DNA from: Trichosphaerium sp. ATCC 40318
Lineage: Eukaryota; Protista; Tubulinea
Length of the DNA: 64,000 nt
Assembly (NCBI GenBank): GCA_038496445.1
Contig: JALMLS010000232.1
Coordinates: 1-64,000 of the forward strand
Reading direction: 5' to 3'
Shown here: one piece after another, positions 39,030 through 52,216 of the stretch
Layout of the letters: each line of letters begins with the position of its first letter
Numbering within the stretch: position 1 is the stretch's first letter
The notes under the pieces: generated by a model
The model's input: the letters and a program-made list of their open reading frames with translations, nothing else
Database searches by the model: none
What the model was told of the DNA's origin: nothing
Position numbers and translations under genes: made by a program

Positions 39030-40183
39030 TCAGTATTCTCGCAAAAACAGCATCTCAACTGTAAACCCTTTAACATGCAGGATTAAAACCTTGAATTGTT
39101 CAAAGGGGCAGAGCACATGTTGTATTTGTTCCAGTCGTTCTCTCTCATAAGTATAGTACAATCTAATATTAGGTAGCTTCTTATAGTTTTTTCTGACATA
39201 TTGGGAACTTTCCACAGCCGCTCTTTTGAGACCTTTCAGTTCTGATAATACACCCATTGTACAATTTGTTGCTAAAATATCAATTGTGTCAACACCCGCA
39301 AGAGTTTGAATACCTTCAACTGTCACAAGTCTACAATGGCTTAAACTGATTGTGTGAACTCCTGCCAACGCCCTGACACCTTTATCTGTTATATTCGTTT
39401 CACGAAGATCAATTGTATGCACGCCTGGCAATGCCGCAAACCCATCATCTGTCACTTGGCTACATTGTTTTAGACTTATTGCATGTACACCGGCTAATGC
39501 TTTGACACCTTTATCAGTGATTTTTGTGTTCCATAAACTAATAGTATGAACGCCAGCCAATGCTCCTCACACCTTCATCTGTTACTGAAGTACACGATAA
39601 ATCAATTGCATGACACCAGCAAGTGCTTTAACACCTTCATCAGTTACTAACGTCTTATACAAATTGATGGTTTGAACACCTGCCAATGCTATAATTCCCG
39701 TATCAAATACTCTTGTACAAGAAATATCAATGGTATGAACTCCTTTCAACTCCTTGACGCCAGCCAATGCTTTGACATCATCATCAGAAACCAAAGTATT
39801 GTTAAGATTAATTGTATGAACACCTGCAAGTAGCCTAATAGCCTGACCTTTAATTGCAAAGTTTGACAGTTCAATAGTGTGAAATCCAGCTAACACTTTA
39901 ATGCCCTCAGATGTTATATAGCTTGTAATATCCTTATGGCTTTTGCTTAATATTCCTTTTAAGGCAAATAGTTTTTGCTTTTAAGTAAGTACATTTTTCC
40001 ACGCTTACAACGTAATTTTATGCTCTCATACTACACCACCTTATTTAACAGCATCTTTTAAAGCCGATAAGCATGTGTGGAATGCTTACGTAATCTGGCT
40101 CTAGTTAACAATGACGTGAATTGGAGTATATGAACTATCACTTCAATAGGAATCTCGTCAAAAAAAGCCGTGTCGTTATTCAT
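39030..40183 (-). pseudogene. F-box + LRR pseudogene, paralog of 3468
   Basis: MNNDTAFFDEIPIEVIVHIL start, then an early stop. The LAGVHTI repeats are split over several ORFs. Confidence 0.82.
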
Positions 40184-40451
40184 AGCGCTATGTATATTGT
40201 TTTAATGCGGTGAAGAGCAAATAGATAGTGTTGGCTAGATAATCTCCTTGTTAACGTGCTTTTCAAGAAGTCAACGGCAGTGTTTAGCAAACGCACAGTG
40301 CGTTTTGTATGAGGGTTTAACTCGCCTAAAACAAAACACTATCCACTGTAGCACCGCTTCTTTAGTTAGCCTAAACACTGTAAAGTTTGGTGGAATCCCC
40401 AACTATTGACGTTGGTACACGCGTGAGAATTGAGTACCTTATGAGAAAACT

Positions 40452-40525
40452 TGAGATATCTACAATATCTAGATAATCTAGATAATTTCGCCAAAACTAG
40501 ATATTTCAGATATCTAAACATCTCT
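40452..40525. repeat. Degenerate 9-bp tandem repeat (AGATATCTA-like)
   Basis: AGATATCTA CAATATCTA GATAATCTA GATAATTTC ... AGATATTTC AGATATCTA. Confidence 0.55.
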
Positions 40526-40739
40526 TTGGAGTGCGCAATGGCGTGAGACTGGAAGAGTTGCTATTTACACGTGTAACAGAATAGAAATACTTGTAGAATG
40601 AAAATAAACTCATTTAACACGTTTGTTTTTTCGAAACACGTGATTGAAGCACGTGACAAGAATACGTTTTGAAATTCGAACCGAAAACCTCACAAAATTT
40701 TATTTGTTTCAGTACAACGTTTGGTCACTGGGCTTTGGT

Positions 40740-41850
40740 TTATTCATCTTTTGATTCGCCAAGTATCATAAAAACAGAAGTAGCAACGCCCACAATCGCC
40801 CATATGATTTGCATAGATAATGAGAATTTTGCAGCCACTTGAAAAGCATTGCTTGCGTTAAGTGTACCAAGATCTACGCTATTTGCCCACAACGCTGCCG
40901 CCCCGAAAACAAAAAAGCTCACAACGATAAGAGATCCAACCCACTACAAAAGGTGACATGTAAGCCCAGAAGCAGTGTAATTGTTCAGCGTACTATAGCA
41001 ACAAAAATCTTGCTTTTTAAAGCCGAAATCACGCCAACAGCAATACCAGCTGCGCCAACTACTACACCCGCTAGAGCCCCAAATAACGCGTATCCTGTCT
41101 GTAGATCAGAGGTGACGCCATCAACGCATCCACCAAGTCTCTCTCTAGTACACAGTAACTCATCAAAGCGGAAAGCGAGGCGTTTGGTGTCAAACAATTT
41201 GAAAAAAACAAAAAACCGCTTCTCGCGGTTCTTTAACTGGAAATCGTACGTACACAGCACATAATCCGCTCTTTATTGCTGATTCTATTCCTAATATAAG
41301 CAAACTGACAACCTACACATATACTTCATTAGAGATGAGCTCAGATTACGCTACACGCGTAGATGAGTCGAAAATGATCTTTTTTTTTCAGCTCCCACGT
41401 GCGCTAGTTAAAGAAGTTTTTTATTGTACGTACCACCAATACGCTGGATCCAATTATGATACCGAGTTGAAACATCCCCATACTGCGAACCCAGAATACT
41501 TGATAAAAAACTTAGAGGTAGCAAAGTTATCTGCTCCCTTTAAGTCAAACGTTGGTAATAAGTTGTCCTTCGCGTATAGACCGCGGTAGTGATATTTAAG
41601 CTCTCTAGTTGTTGTAGCGATCAACAGCTTAGGGTACTTGCGGTAAAGTCTTGAGGTTCTGCGCTCAGTACTTTCTAATTTGTTCAACAAAGTAGTTCAA
41701 AAACCAGACATCCTGCTAGCAGTATCAATGATGGCGACAAACACGCTACAAGAATGTTGGCCCCGAGACTGTTTTATTGAATAACAACATAAACAGCTTC
41801 AATAAAATAGCTACGGTATAAGAACCCTTATTGAAGCGTTATCGATAGCT
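40740..41850 (-). CDS. Hypothetical multi-pass membrane protein; 5' end uncertain
   Basis: Spliced hydrophobic exons GYALFGALAGVVVGAAGIAVG..KIFVAI/WVGSLIVVSFFVFG..IIWAIVGVATSVFMIL. Confidence 0.5.
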
Positions 41851-42895
41851 TGAGTCTAATCCACCAAAAACAGGTACTCATAAAATTAGGGGTTGTTTTT
41901 GGCGTTAGATTTCAAAAAAAAATTCGTTCCCCAAAATGGTCTACCGAAAAAACCTAATTTGGATTATTCAGTCAGCTTTTTAAGACCACTGTTAACATGT
42001 CTCGTTTTCTTATATTTAGCCATAAACGATGTCCACATCGTCTCTATTGTTGTTGTTGTTAGTAGTTTACGTTATATGTTGTTTTGCTCGACACCATCTT
42101 GAGGTTGACTCTCGGTAGTGGCTGCTTTGCTGTTAAATGGTCTCTTCACAAGATCGAGAACTACTGGGTTGCTATGTACTACAGAGGGAATGCACACTTC
42201 AGCCATTTTACCAAAGGAATACTAACAAAACCAAGTTCTGGATCATATTACTGGGTTGATGACGAATATGTTACTTACTTGTTGGTACTACTAAAGTTAG
42301 TTTTGCTTATGTAGCTCTAGCTGTGAAATAAATATTTAAGCTATCACATCCAACAGAATACTATGTAATAAGAATACTCCTCCATACTTGGTTCGGGTTC
42401 TCACGTTTAATTGCAACGCCTTTGTGAGTGTTGAACCAATCAAGCAAGGTTCCTCAGGATTTTCAAAATAACTACTGTACAAAGATGCTTTCTCGTGCTA
42501 TTCTTAGTTAGAATCTATAGCACATGACCCACTTTCACTTTTTGTGGTTGCCGTGGGTTGCAATAACTTGATTATCCGAAAAAAATGAGTACCTGTATTT
42601 AAAACCATTTCACTGTATAGGACGGATAGTGATAGTCCTGCCTGTCAAACAAACGATGCGTAATCACTTTGTTTGATAGAACCCAGTTCTCGGAATATTT
42701 ACAAAGGATAGTTTAGCTTCTTTGGTAGAGACAAGCTGTTCAACTTGTACATACGATTATAAGACCCGCTTGTTGCATATCATCACATTTAAGCATACTG
42801 CCTCGACCCTTACCCCATACTCTGTTTTAATAGTAGATTTAAACTTACCATTCGAGTTGGCGTGTTTTTAAAACTGAACGAACATTGGTTTATTC

Positions 42896-44541
42896 AAACG
42901 TTCAAAAAAAGTCAATATAGATTTCTTGAGAGTCAAAGTCAAGTCAGAGACAAGCACTGTCAACCAGCTAGAGGTCAACTTTTGTGTCTCGTAGTGCCTT
43001 GCTTCTTATTGAACGCATTTTAATAGGACCAGTAGTAATTATGGTACGTAAAACAAAATTAGTTTAGCTGCATTGAAATTAACAAACTTACAAGCGGAAT
43101 AGCTTGTTCAAACAAAATAAAATTTCGGTTTAGGCTTTCGCGACCAGAAATTAACGCGATTTTAATTAAACGTTAAAACAACGTTTCAAAAGCCACTTTC
43201 AACGAGTTTGCACTACTTTTGGCGAGCACGTGTTCTATTTCTCAGAAATCACGCTAACGAAGGCCTTTTTGTGTTTCAATTTTACAAGTTTGCATTTTTA
43301 TGGTTTACATTTGAAACTCTCCTGCAGTACCCTTCAGTATTAGTCTTCTAACATTTCAATAGTCCGCAGCCAACAGGAAAAAATCAAGTAAATTGGGTAC
43401 TGTGAGTTTGTTGGATATTCCACGTGAGCTTCAGATGTACATTTGTACTTTCAATATTGAAGCATTCACAAAATTCCATACTCTATCAAAGAGAGCTGCA
43501 ATTAATACTCATTATGATGAATCATTACAAAAGAAAGGAATGTGGATACGATGGTATAAAAGTGGAAAGGTTCAGTTACATCACCATGTAGTGAATGGCC
43601 CTGGTAAAGAATGGCATACAAACGGACAATTGAAGACCTCATGTACGATCATCAATGGTAAGCAACATGGTGAACACAAAGAATGGTATGTAAATGGTCA
43701 ACTAAAAATACAGTGCATATGTGTCAGTGGTAAAATCCATGGTGAATATAGAGGATGGTATGAAAAAGGACAGCTTAAGTTTCAGGCAATGTTTATTGAT
43801 GATAAACGCCATGGTGAATGTAGAGAATGGTATGAAAATGGACAACTTAAGTTTCAGACAATGTTTATTGATGATAAATGCCATGGCGAAAGTAGAGGAT
43901 GGTATGAAAATGGACAACTTAAGTTTCAGACAATGTTTATTGATGATAAACGCCATGGCGAAAGTAGACGATGGTATGAAGATGGTCAACTAAAGTATCA
44001 GGTAATGTGTATTCATGGTAAACAACATGGTGAACATAAAGAATGGCATGAAAATGGTCAACTAAAAATACAGCACATGTGGATTGATGGTAAACTCCAC
44101 GGCGAAAGTAGACGATGGTATGAAGATGGTCAACTAAAGAATCAGGTAATGCGTATTCATGGTAAACAACATGGTGAACATAGAGAGTGGTACAGGAATG
44201 GACAACTTGAAGAACTTTCGTTGTGGACTGATGATAAACTAAATGGCAAAGCTAAGGAATGGTATGAGAATGGACAACAGATGGAACATTCCATGTGGGT
44301 AGATGATAAACGGCATGGTAAAACTAGAAAATGGTATGAGAATGGACAACAAAAGTCACAGTCCATGTGGGTAGATGGTAAACGGCATGGTATAACTACA
44401 GAATGGTATGAGAACGGACAACAAAAGTCACAGTCCATGTGGATAGATTGTGAACAACAAATTAAAAGTGTTTGACTCTGGTAGTGCTATTGCTCCTTCT
44501 TATATTTGATTCTTTGTAGATATCGCCATGTGTAAAATAAA
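42896..44541 (+). repeat. Inverted segmental duplication, copy A (partner 58896-60416)
   Basis: About 500 nt of upstream sequence, the CDS and the 3' UTR up to AATAAA match the reverse complement of 58896-60416. Confidence 0.92.
43402..44475 (+). CDS. F-box-like + MORN-variant repeat protein, copy A (ATG changed to GTG)
   Basis: LLDIPRELQMYI followed by 24-aa GKxHGExxEWYENGQLK repeats. Intronless. Confidence 0.82.
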   Translation: MSLLDIPRELQMYICTFNIEAFTKFHTLSKRAAINTHYDESLQKKGMWIRWYKSGKVQLHHHVVNGPGKEWHTNGQLKTSCTIINGKQHGEHKEWYVNGQLKIQCICVSGKIHGEYRGWYEKGQLKFQAMFIDDKRHGECREWYENGQLKFQTMFIDDKCHGESRGWYENGQLKFQTMFIDDKRHGESRRWYEDGQLKYQVMCIHGKQHGEHKEWHENGQLKIQHMWIDGKLHGESRRWYEDGQLKNQVMRIHGKQHGEHREWYRNGQLEELSLWTDDKLNGKAKEWYENGQQMEHSMWVDDKRHGKTRKWYENGQQKSQSMWVDGKRHGITTEWYENGQQKSQSMWIDCEQQIKSV

Positions 44542-44659
44542 AATAGTCATAGATTAAACCATGGTTTTGGTACTCTTTGATTGCCATGGGCTCAAAGAAA
44601 ACGATGTAGCAAATTGAAGAGTAACATACATATTCAATTAAAACATGTGCACAAAACTG

Positions 44660-46575
44660 TCAGTTTTGTTGTGCTGCAGTAAATGGTTTTCTTCTTCTAA
44701 ATGGAAAAACATACTCTCTCACTTTTCGAACAGAGAGAGAAATTACAATTATACACAGAACAAATAAACACACTAAAACCAATCCGACAATTGCTCCCAC
44801 ACCCAAACCTTTTGCCTAAAAAAAAAAAGAATCAATATTCTTGAAATGTTCTTATTCTTAGCACCTGTTCAGGAGTAGTGCTTGATGTACATAATCTTGT
44901 AATTATTGAATTTCTTGTTACTTCTAAATCTATACAAGTGTTTTCCCCAGATGTGAGAATAACTTCAGCGTCCTTAACAGTGACACAAGAACTGTCATCG
45001 AAAGTAAACAAAGTAACATTTATCCCCGTTTCATGCTCCAAGAACAGCTTTCCATTAATGTCAACACATCCACTCACAGCCAACTACAACTTATATTAGT
45101 AATTAATAAGGCACTTTTTGATACTTACAATAACACCAGGGCGAAAAGTCACTGTACTTAAGGAATCAACAGACACGTCACCAGTAATGAGCACTGACTT
45201 GATTATAACTATTTCTTCATTAACCAAAGATAGATTATACGCTGTCCATGTTCCTCGTTCACAAATTGCGTCAGGGAAAGGCTTTATATCGGTGTCACAT
45301 GTCCATATTCCTCCTTCACAAATTGCGTCAGGGGAGGGCTTTATATCGGTGTCACATGTCCATGTTCCTTGTTCACAAATTGCGTCAGGAGAAGGCTTTA
45401 TATTGGCGTCACATGTCCACATTCCCCCTTCACAAATTGCGTCAGGGGAAGGCTTTATATCAGTGTCACATGTCCAGATTCCTCGTTCACAAATTGCATC
45501 AGGAAAAGGCTTTATATCAGCGTCACATGTCCATATTCCTCCTTCACAAATTGCGTCGGGAGAAGGCTTTAATTCCGCATCACAGGTCCAAGTTTCTCCT
45601 TCACATATTGATACATTTGAAGGTCGAGGGCTTTGGCAATTGTTCCCACAGTTTAAGCTGTAATTAATAGCTGCGAGTAGCATATCCTTTCCAGCTGTGT
45701 TTAGCTGGCTACCAGCAGTTGAAAGGAAAAAACCAATCCTACAACTCGGTGAAAGTGTTCCATCAGCAAGTATGTCACCCTAAATAAACTAATTGTAAGT
45801 ACAGGTAGCTCTAGTAATTAAAGCAAAGCAGAGAGGCTTACCTTTTCGAAAACGAAGTAAGAAGGCATCCTGGCACCAAACGTTGCTTTTGCAATCACTC
45901 TCCCACTACTAGCAAGAATCCCTCCTTCGTTTATAGATGATAAATACCCATTGCTATCAAGAACAGCAACAACATCGTTGTAGTTAGCTGCGAGAATGCT
46001 CGTAGGAGCAACAATTTCAATTTCTCGACTTGATCGCTCCTTCTCTAAATAGTAGTTTTAATCCACGCGTGAACTCAATATTGGGTACCTCCTGAGTTGA
46101 ATGACGTATCTGCTGGTATGTACTGAAATGTTACGCGTTCGTATGTCAGTATTGGGACACTCTCTTTAAATATCATTCTAACACTGAATCCCTCAATGGT
46201 TTCAGATACAAGCTGAGGAAATACTGAGTTAACTAAACTTGTTTTTGAACAAAAGCGTACTACAGCCCCATAATCCTTCACTAGTGTTGGATTTACCTCT
46301 ACTTCATTCTGATTTGCACAGTCGTAGGGTATATTACTTTCTTGGATAAACATTTGTATTGCGTTGTCGTGAATACTACTTCCGTCACACAATTGTGCCT
46401 ATTTTTTTTGTTTTTTAACAAACAACGCTACTTCAGGAGATTTGTAAAGCGAAAACTAGAATCAATAGCGTACAATAAATAACAGCTTGTTGGCCTTTGA
46501 CACTGGCGGTTCCTGACAATATACGTAACTCGCAGTAATAGAAGCAAAAAGTATGAAAAATATCACGTGATTCAT
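44660..46575 (-). CDS. Type I membrane surface protein with 19-aa Cys repeats
   Basis: Signal peptide MNHVIFFILFASITASYVYC, KPSPDAICEGGIWTCDADI repeats, TM GVGAIVGLVLVCLFVLCIIVISL and tail VFPFRRRK. Confidence 0.78.
45243..45620 (-). repeat. Coding 57-bp tandem repeat (about 6-7 units)
   Basis: TCACAAATTGCGTCAGG..AGGCTTTATAT..GTCACATGTCCA recurs every 57 nt. Confidence 0.92.
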
Positions 46576-46915
46576 TGCTACTCCCTTTTGTTTAAAAAGG
46601 TGCGTAGTACGAAAATGAATTTCGAACATTAAATTTATGTGGTTACAGACTTAGACTGACCACATAACTTTAGTGGATTATTTGTGATGCAGTACGGTGT
46701 AGATTTATAAGTATAACAATTTAAATGAGCTGGTGGCTGTAGTTGTAGGAGCACGAACAATTAAGTTGATGTTTGGTTACAACCTGATCAAAAAAGGCAT
46801 GCTTGTTACCAAAACGCTACAGCTTCTTTCTAAGGCATAAGTGTTGGTTTATTAGTAGTTTACAAGATGAATCGTTTTTTAAATCAAAACGATAAGTGGT
46901 GTAGAAAGGATATAC

Positions 46916-48480
46916 CTACGCAAACTCGTCTGGGCTTGGTAGAGGTCTTTTTCGTGGCTTTAAAGGACACCAGCGCGTGTTTAGCACAGGGTCTTTAAGT
47001 AAGTGGTTGTAATGTGATATTAAAGAGCGTAAGTCGTTATAAACGACACCAGACTCTTCAAATTTTAGTGTACGCGGTTCTATGATGAGACCAATTACAG
47101 AGTGTGTTATTGCTTTATTAGCATCGCCAGCATGGCAGGATACTGCAATATGGCCTTGCTTAGAACTGAATCTGAACAAGTAAGATCCTAAAAGCGATTA
47201 AGCACGTAGATAGAAAAAAAATACTTCAGTTTGTTGATAGTTTTATGCGTTGTACGTACCCACAGGCATCTTGATGAGTTTCTTTTCTGCATCCACAGAT
47301 GTTAAATACCCGTGAAAGTATCGTGATAATCTAATAAGGATCAGTGAGGAGTAAAGAACTAAAGGAAAGTCCAAACAATGCATGATTTGAGGTTCTAGTT
47401 CTGACGTACACTTGATTTTCTAATAAAACTGATCGTAGTGCATTATTGCACCCTCCATATTGCGCAAACAGCAAAGGCAACGTAGGTGCGTTTAAAATTA
47501 TTCCAGCGAAATTAACTTCATAGTCTTTTCCGTTACGTTCCACTAAACAACATATTAGACCTAAAAGGCAATACACGACACCCGAGTGTAATAGATAACC
47601 ATATTACTGACGACACGTAAAAGTTGTAGAGTTGCACTGATTTCGTTGTAAATCTGTTTGTACCTCTAGAGTGGTTTATGACATCATTGGCTATCCATGA
47701 TACTGTAAATCGTAGTTTACCTTGAGATAGCCGGACAATAAAAGAACCGTCCAAATCTCGTGTAAACCAAAAATGCCTGTTTGCTTCAGTGGCAGACATG
47801 TACGTAGTGAACCAGCTTAGATTGTAAAAGTTAGGAATAAAATAAAATAAACTGGTTGCTAGTGTATAAAATGGCGTACTCTGCTGATAAAATTGATGAT
47901 GCGTTGTACATACACTGATCAAAGGGTCCAAATGCTCGCATAAAATCAGCGAATCTGTGAACATTGACAGTACTTGCGCCTGCTGGATCTAAGGCGTATT
48001 GATGTTAAATGATACCCAAGACGCGCCAAAATAGTGTATTTACTGTTAAAAGAAATTACAAACAGCTTGTTTTAACGCACCAAGAAGAAATGCAAGTATT
48101 TGGGAACCCTTTGAAGGCCATGGCGTTGAAAAGTGTTGGTTTTTGAATTGTCGCTCGAATTCATCCAGATGTACATACATCTACGCCAAGGAAACGTTGT
48201 CAGCAAACCTGCTGATAAATTTATGCACCTCTTTATTGAAATTTTTTGCCCAAAACTCTGCTCCTCGTTTGTCTGTTATCCAGTTGTGCTGCGGAAGGCG
48301 CAAGTCGCGCCGTAGGTACTTGACATTAGTTTCTTTGCACCAAGCGTATATTTCCGCCAACAGCTCTGTTAGCTCTTGTTTCACTTCAAACGTCCATTCT
48401 TCATTCTCAGCTACAGCTGAAAGTTCCAACAATCGCCTATGCAGCCTAGCGTAATGGTCGCCTAGGTCTTGCTCTTCCAT
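46916..48480 (-). CDS. Cbl/Shk-type EF-hand-like + tandem SH2 adaptor protein
   Basis: GAEFWAKNF, FADFMRAFGP, SH2-1 WFTTYMSATEA..GSFIVRLS, SH2-2 YFHGYLTSVDAEKKL..GSYLFRFSS. Confidence 0.78.
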
Positions 48481-48583
48481 TGTTTATAATAAGCACATGC
48501 TACCTTCAACTACGCTGAAGCCAGGTTTCAGGCGGAAATTCAGCAGTTTTTTGTGAAACTTATCATTTTGGAAAGATAACACA

Positions 48584-50548
48584 ATGGCAGCAGAGGAAAT
48601 ACCTTTAAAGAATGATTTATTCCTTCGTGCCGCGCGGTACGCATTTTAACAGCCTACTAAATCATTTACATGTCATTATAGCGGCGAAAAAGTAGAACGT
48701 ACTCCTGTATGGATCATGAGACAGGTATGGCGTCTTTTGTCGTTTTTAGTTGTATTTAGTACTCAGTTTACATAAAGGCCGGCAGATACCTCCCAGAGTT
48801 TCGTAAACTGCGTGAAAAGCATGATTTCTTCACTATCTGTAGAACTCCAGCTCTGGCAGCTGAGGTAACCCTACAACCTATAAAACGCTACAACTTTGAT
48901 GCGTCAATCATATTTAGGCACGACTTACGTGTACCCTTGTCATATTAACTGTTTTGTCAGTGATATTATGGTAATTCCGACTGTAATGGGCATAGACGTC
49001 AAAATGGTAAAGGGTATAGGTCCTAAGATTGAGAACCCTCTGGTACATACTCAAATTCTCTTTTTTCGCTTCAAAAGCGCTCATGATTATGTACAGAAAC
49101 CCGAAGAGGTCGCAACGCGTGTAAGAACTCAAGAAGAAACAAACGTCACTGTCACGTTAAAATACGTCGCAGACGCCATTATTGAAACCAATAAGCGCCT
49201 AGAAGGTCGTGTACCACTTATTGGGTACATTTTAAATGACATCATCGCCGGTTAAACACTCATACAATACTAGATTCGCTGGTGCACCTTGGACATTGAT
49301 GGCATACATGGTTGAAGGCTCAGGTACAGTCAGCATTTTAGTGTGAGCTTTTACAAAATTCCGTTGCGAAGTTCCGGCTAATTGCTATAACCTCACGTGA
49401 AAATACTACGGTGTACACGTGTACTATATAACCTATTTGTTTATATACTGACGTGTACACTTGTTTTTTTAATTGATGCTGGCAGTAGCATTTAAATTTT
49501 TATGGATCACACAACTTTTGTGCGTCGTCGGTTAAAATGTGTAAAACGTCGTTCCACTGTGCTCTTGGTATCGCCACAGAGAACTCAGTATGCGTTGATA
49601 GCGAGCAAGTCAATATAAAAGACTTAGCTTGGGTTTCTAAAATATGAACCAGCTTTCTTATTTAAAACAATTGTTTTGTCTTATTATTGAACCCTAGGCA
49701 AAGTTACAAAAGGTTGGACTATAGCGAGGGTACGGAAAGCGTTTTACATTGACTCCAAAAGAATTCTATTTTACGCATACACAAAGTCTTACAGTTAAGT
49801 AGTCTTGGCTATACAAACATCCTCAAGAATCTCATGCACTTATGGACAAAATCGCAAAAGTAACCGCAGAGTACCTTATTATGCAAGCCAGAGCTGGTGC
49901 AAAGGCACTACAACTATTTGATTCATGGGCTGGCTGCCTCGGTACGTGCTTTCCTAAACAACTTTAAAATCCATTGACGAGAATAACCTTGCTAAATACT
50001 TTTGTAGGTCCTGAACAATTTAAAGAGTTCTTGTTACCTTATCATGTTCAAATTGCAAACACAATACGTGAGGAACTTGGTAATGATATTCCTTTGATTC
50101 TGTTCGCCAAAGGCGCTCATTATGCTCTTGAATGGCTAAATGAGACTCCATTTGATGTCATTGGCATAGGTACAACAAAAGAAAATTATTGTCAAGTTTT
50201 TTTTTTCAAACGTTAACTAACTTTGTGTAAGATTGGACGATTTCTCCTGAAGAAGCCCGTAGAAGGATCCCAGACAAAGTTCTACAAGTATGCGTGCTCT
50301 TACAGAATAGATATAGTTGTGTAAAGGTTCGTACTTACTTTAAATAGGGTAACCTTGATCCTTGTGCTTTGTATGCTCCAAAAGAAGAGATCGTAAAAAT
50401 GGCAAGAAAGATGTTGAACGGTTTTGGTACTCAAAAACTTATTGCAAACTTGGGACACGGTATGCATCCTCACCATGAACCAGAGCATTTAGAAACATAC
50501 ATTAATGCTGTCCACTCAATCTCAGAAGAGATGACCAAAAAGAATTAA
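48584..50548 (+). CDS. hemE: Uroporphyrinogen decarboxylase
   Basis: [53 protein letters not shown]. Confidence 0.96.
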
Positions 50549-50815
50549 CATTTGAATAAATAAAACAAATATTGCACTTCGCATTGGCTTTTTTTTGTTG
50601 TTACCACGCTGTCGTTATTTATCTCGCTGTTGTTTGTTTCACAGACCACTGTCAACTATCAAAGACTTTCAATTGTCATACTTCGAATGTATGCAAGTCT
50701 GAATAATGACAAGGCTATGTTCCACGTGAACAGAGCTTGAAGACCAGTAGTGACTTAATAAGTTAAGACTTGTTTTTTTTTCTTATTTTGTACATAGAAA
50801 TTCAAAAAGGAGAAA

Positions 50816-51350
50816 ATGCTTCGCTTTGGGTTGCTGTTACTCGTGTTGGTAATACTTTGCTTGGGTCTTCCAAGATATAATAGACGAGTTTGCCTTAAAA
50901 CTCCCAACTCAATAGACTGCGCCTGTAAACCTTCATACAAACCGCGTGGACAACTACTAGCGAGGACTCACTACTTATACAAAACTACGGCCGATTTCGC
51001 AAGAGGATATTTTTATTGCCACTACGACAACGTAATGCTCACCAGACCTCACCAGATAACATTAACATACCGCCGTAAGCAAAGTTTCTCAGCAATGCGC
51101 CCAAAGACCAGAAGAGCGTATACCGGGCCTATATGCAACGTAGCTACAACAAGCAGGTACGTACTAGCGTATAACGCATACACAATAGAAATTCTTAACA
51201 TATCTTCCTTTTTAGGGTAGATTATTGGGGATTCACAAGACAGAGTCTTGCTAATGCTGGATATTGCACAGTGCGGTTTATATTCTAAAATATATACCGA
51301 AAAACAATTTTGGAGAGGTGACTGGATATGGAAGACAACATTCCTAATTT
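50816..51350 (+). CDS. Small secreted hypothetical protein; 3' end uncertain
   Basis: Signal peptide MLRFGLLLLVLVILCLG and a Cys-containing ORF with a probable intron near 51157. Confidence 0.5.
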
Positions 51351-52216
51351 AATTGATGGATGTATTTGAAACTATTATACATCAATTCAGTCGTGGTATT
51401 ACTCCTCCAGAAGACCCAGCCTGGAAAAAAAAAAGATGTCATCAAAAGATATCGTACTTATACTCTACGTACCTTTTTTAGTGGTATGCTACTCTTCTGT
51501 CCGCTTTTGTACTTGTATATAGTAAGTAATGGTATTGTATAGTTGACTAGAAATATAAACTGTAAGAGTGAACAACGCACTTTTTGTTCATTTCTTTCGA
51601 TAGTCTCTAGTAAGGATTTTACTGTTTGTTCTAGTTCATCTACACGTCTCAATAATTCTATTTGCTTTTTAACACTCAGTCCATCTCCTACTATCTATAA
51701 AACATTATTAGTAGATTGGCGTTTTGCTGATTTCGTGTATCACGTGATAGACACAGCTTTTTTTTTGTAACTGGTTTTTATTTTTACCGTGTGGTTTCGC
51801 GTGTTGGAGGGTATTATGGCGTAATTTGAGCCGTTTAAAAGAAAAAAAACGGCTTTCTGTGTTGTTTTTAATCAGAACAGATTGTTTGGTACCTGTACGT
51901 ATTTATCTGTCATAGTGTTGTTTATCACTTGTGCTTGTACGTTGTACTGTTTAAGTCACGCTACATTCAGTATGTTAGTTTAGGATCTTGCGACATAGTG
52001 ACATCATATCTTCGAAACAAGTGCAATGGAAAAAGGTGAATGCCAAAACAACGGCTTCCACCAACACTTCATACTTTGTTGCGTGACTTTTAATTGCATA
52101 ATAACTGACACTTGTTTGATTATTCAATAATAGAGTTTATTACGGCCTGGGATAAGGCCATTATGTATACCGCTTAATTTTTTGTAGACAAGTTTTTTTT
52201 CGAAATTATGTTTTTT

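Noticed and set aside
41870-42597. 12-bp inverted repeat ACAGGTACTCAT/ATGAGTACCTGT as Tc1-like TIRs
   Set aside because: Too short, with no matching TSD and no second copy in the window.
25660-45620. Regular 57-72 bp repeats as CRISPR-like arrays
   Set aside because: They are in-frame coding repeats without unique spacers, in a eukaryotic context with no cas genes.
45118-45667. Plus-strand ORFs over the Cys repeat, and similar shadow ORFs at 9371, 43702 and 59086
   Set aside because: These are antisense or alternative-frame by-products of repetitive coding sequence.
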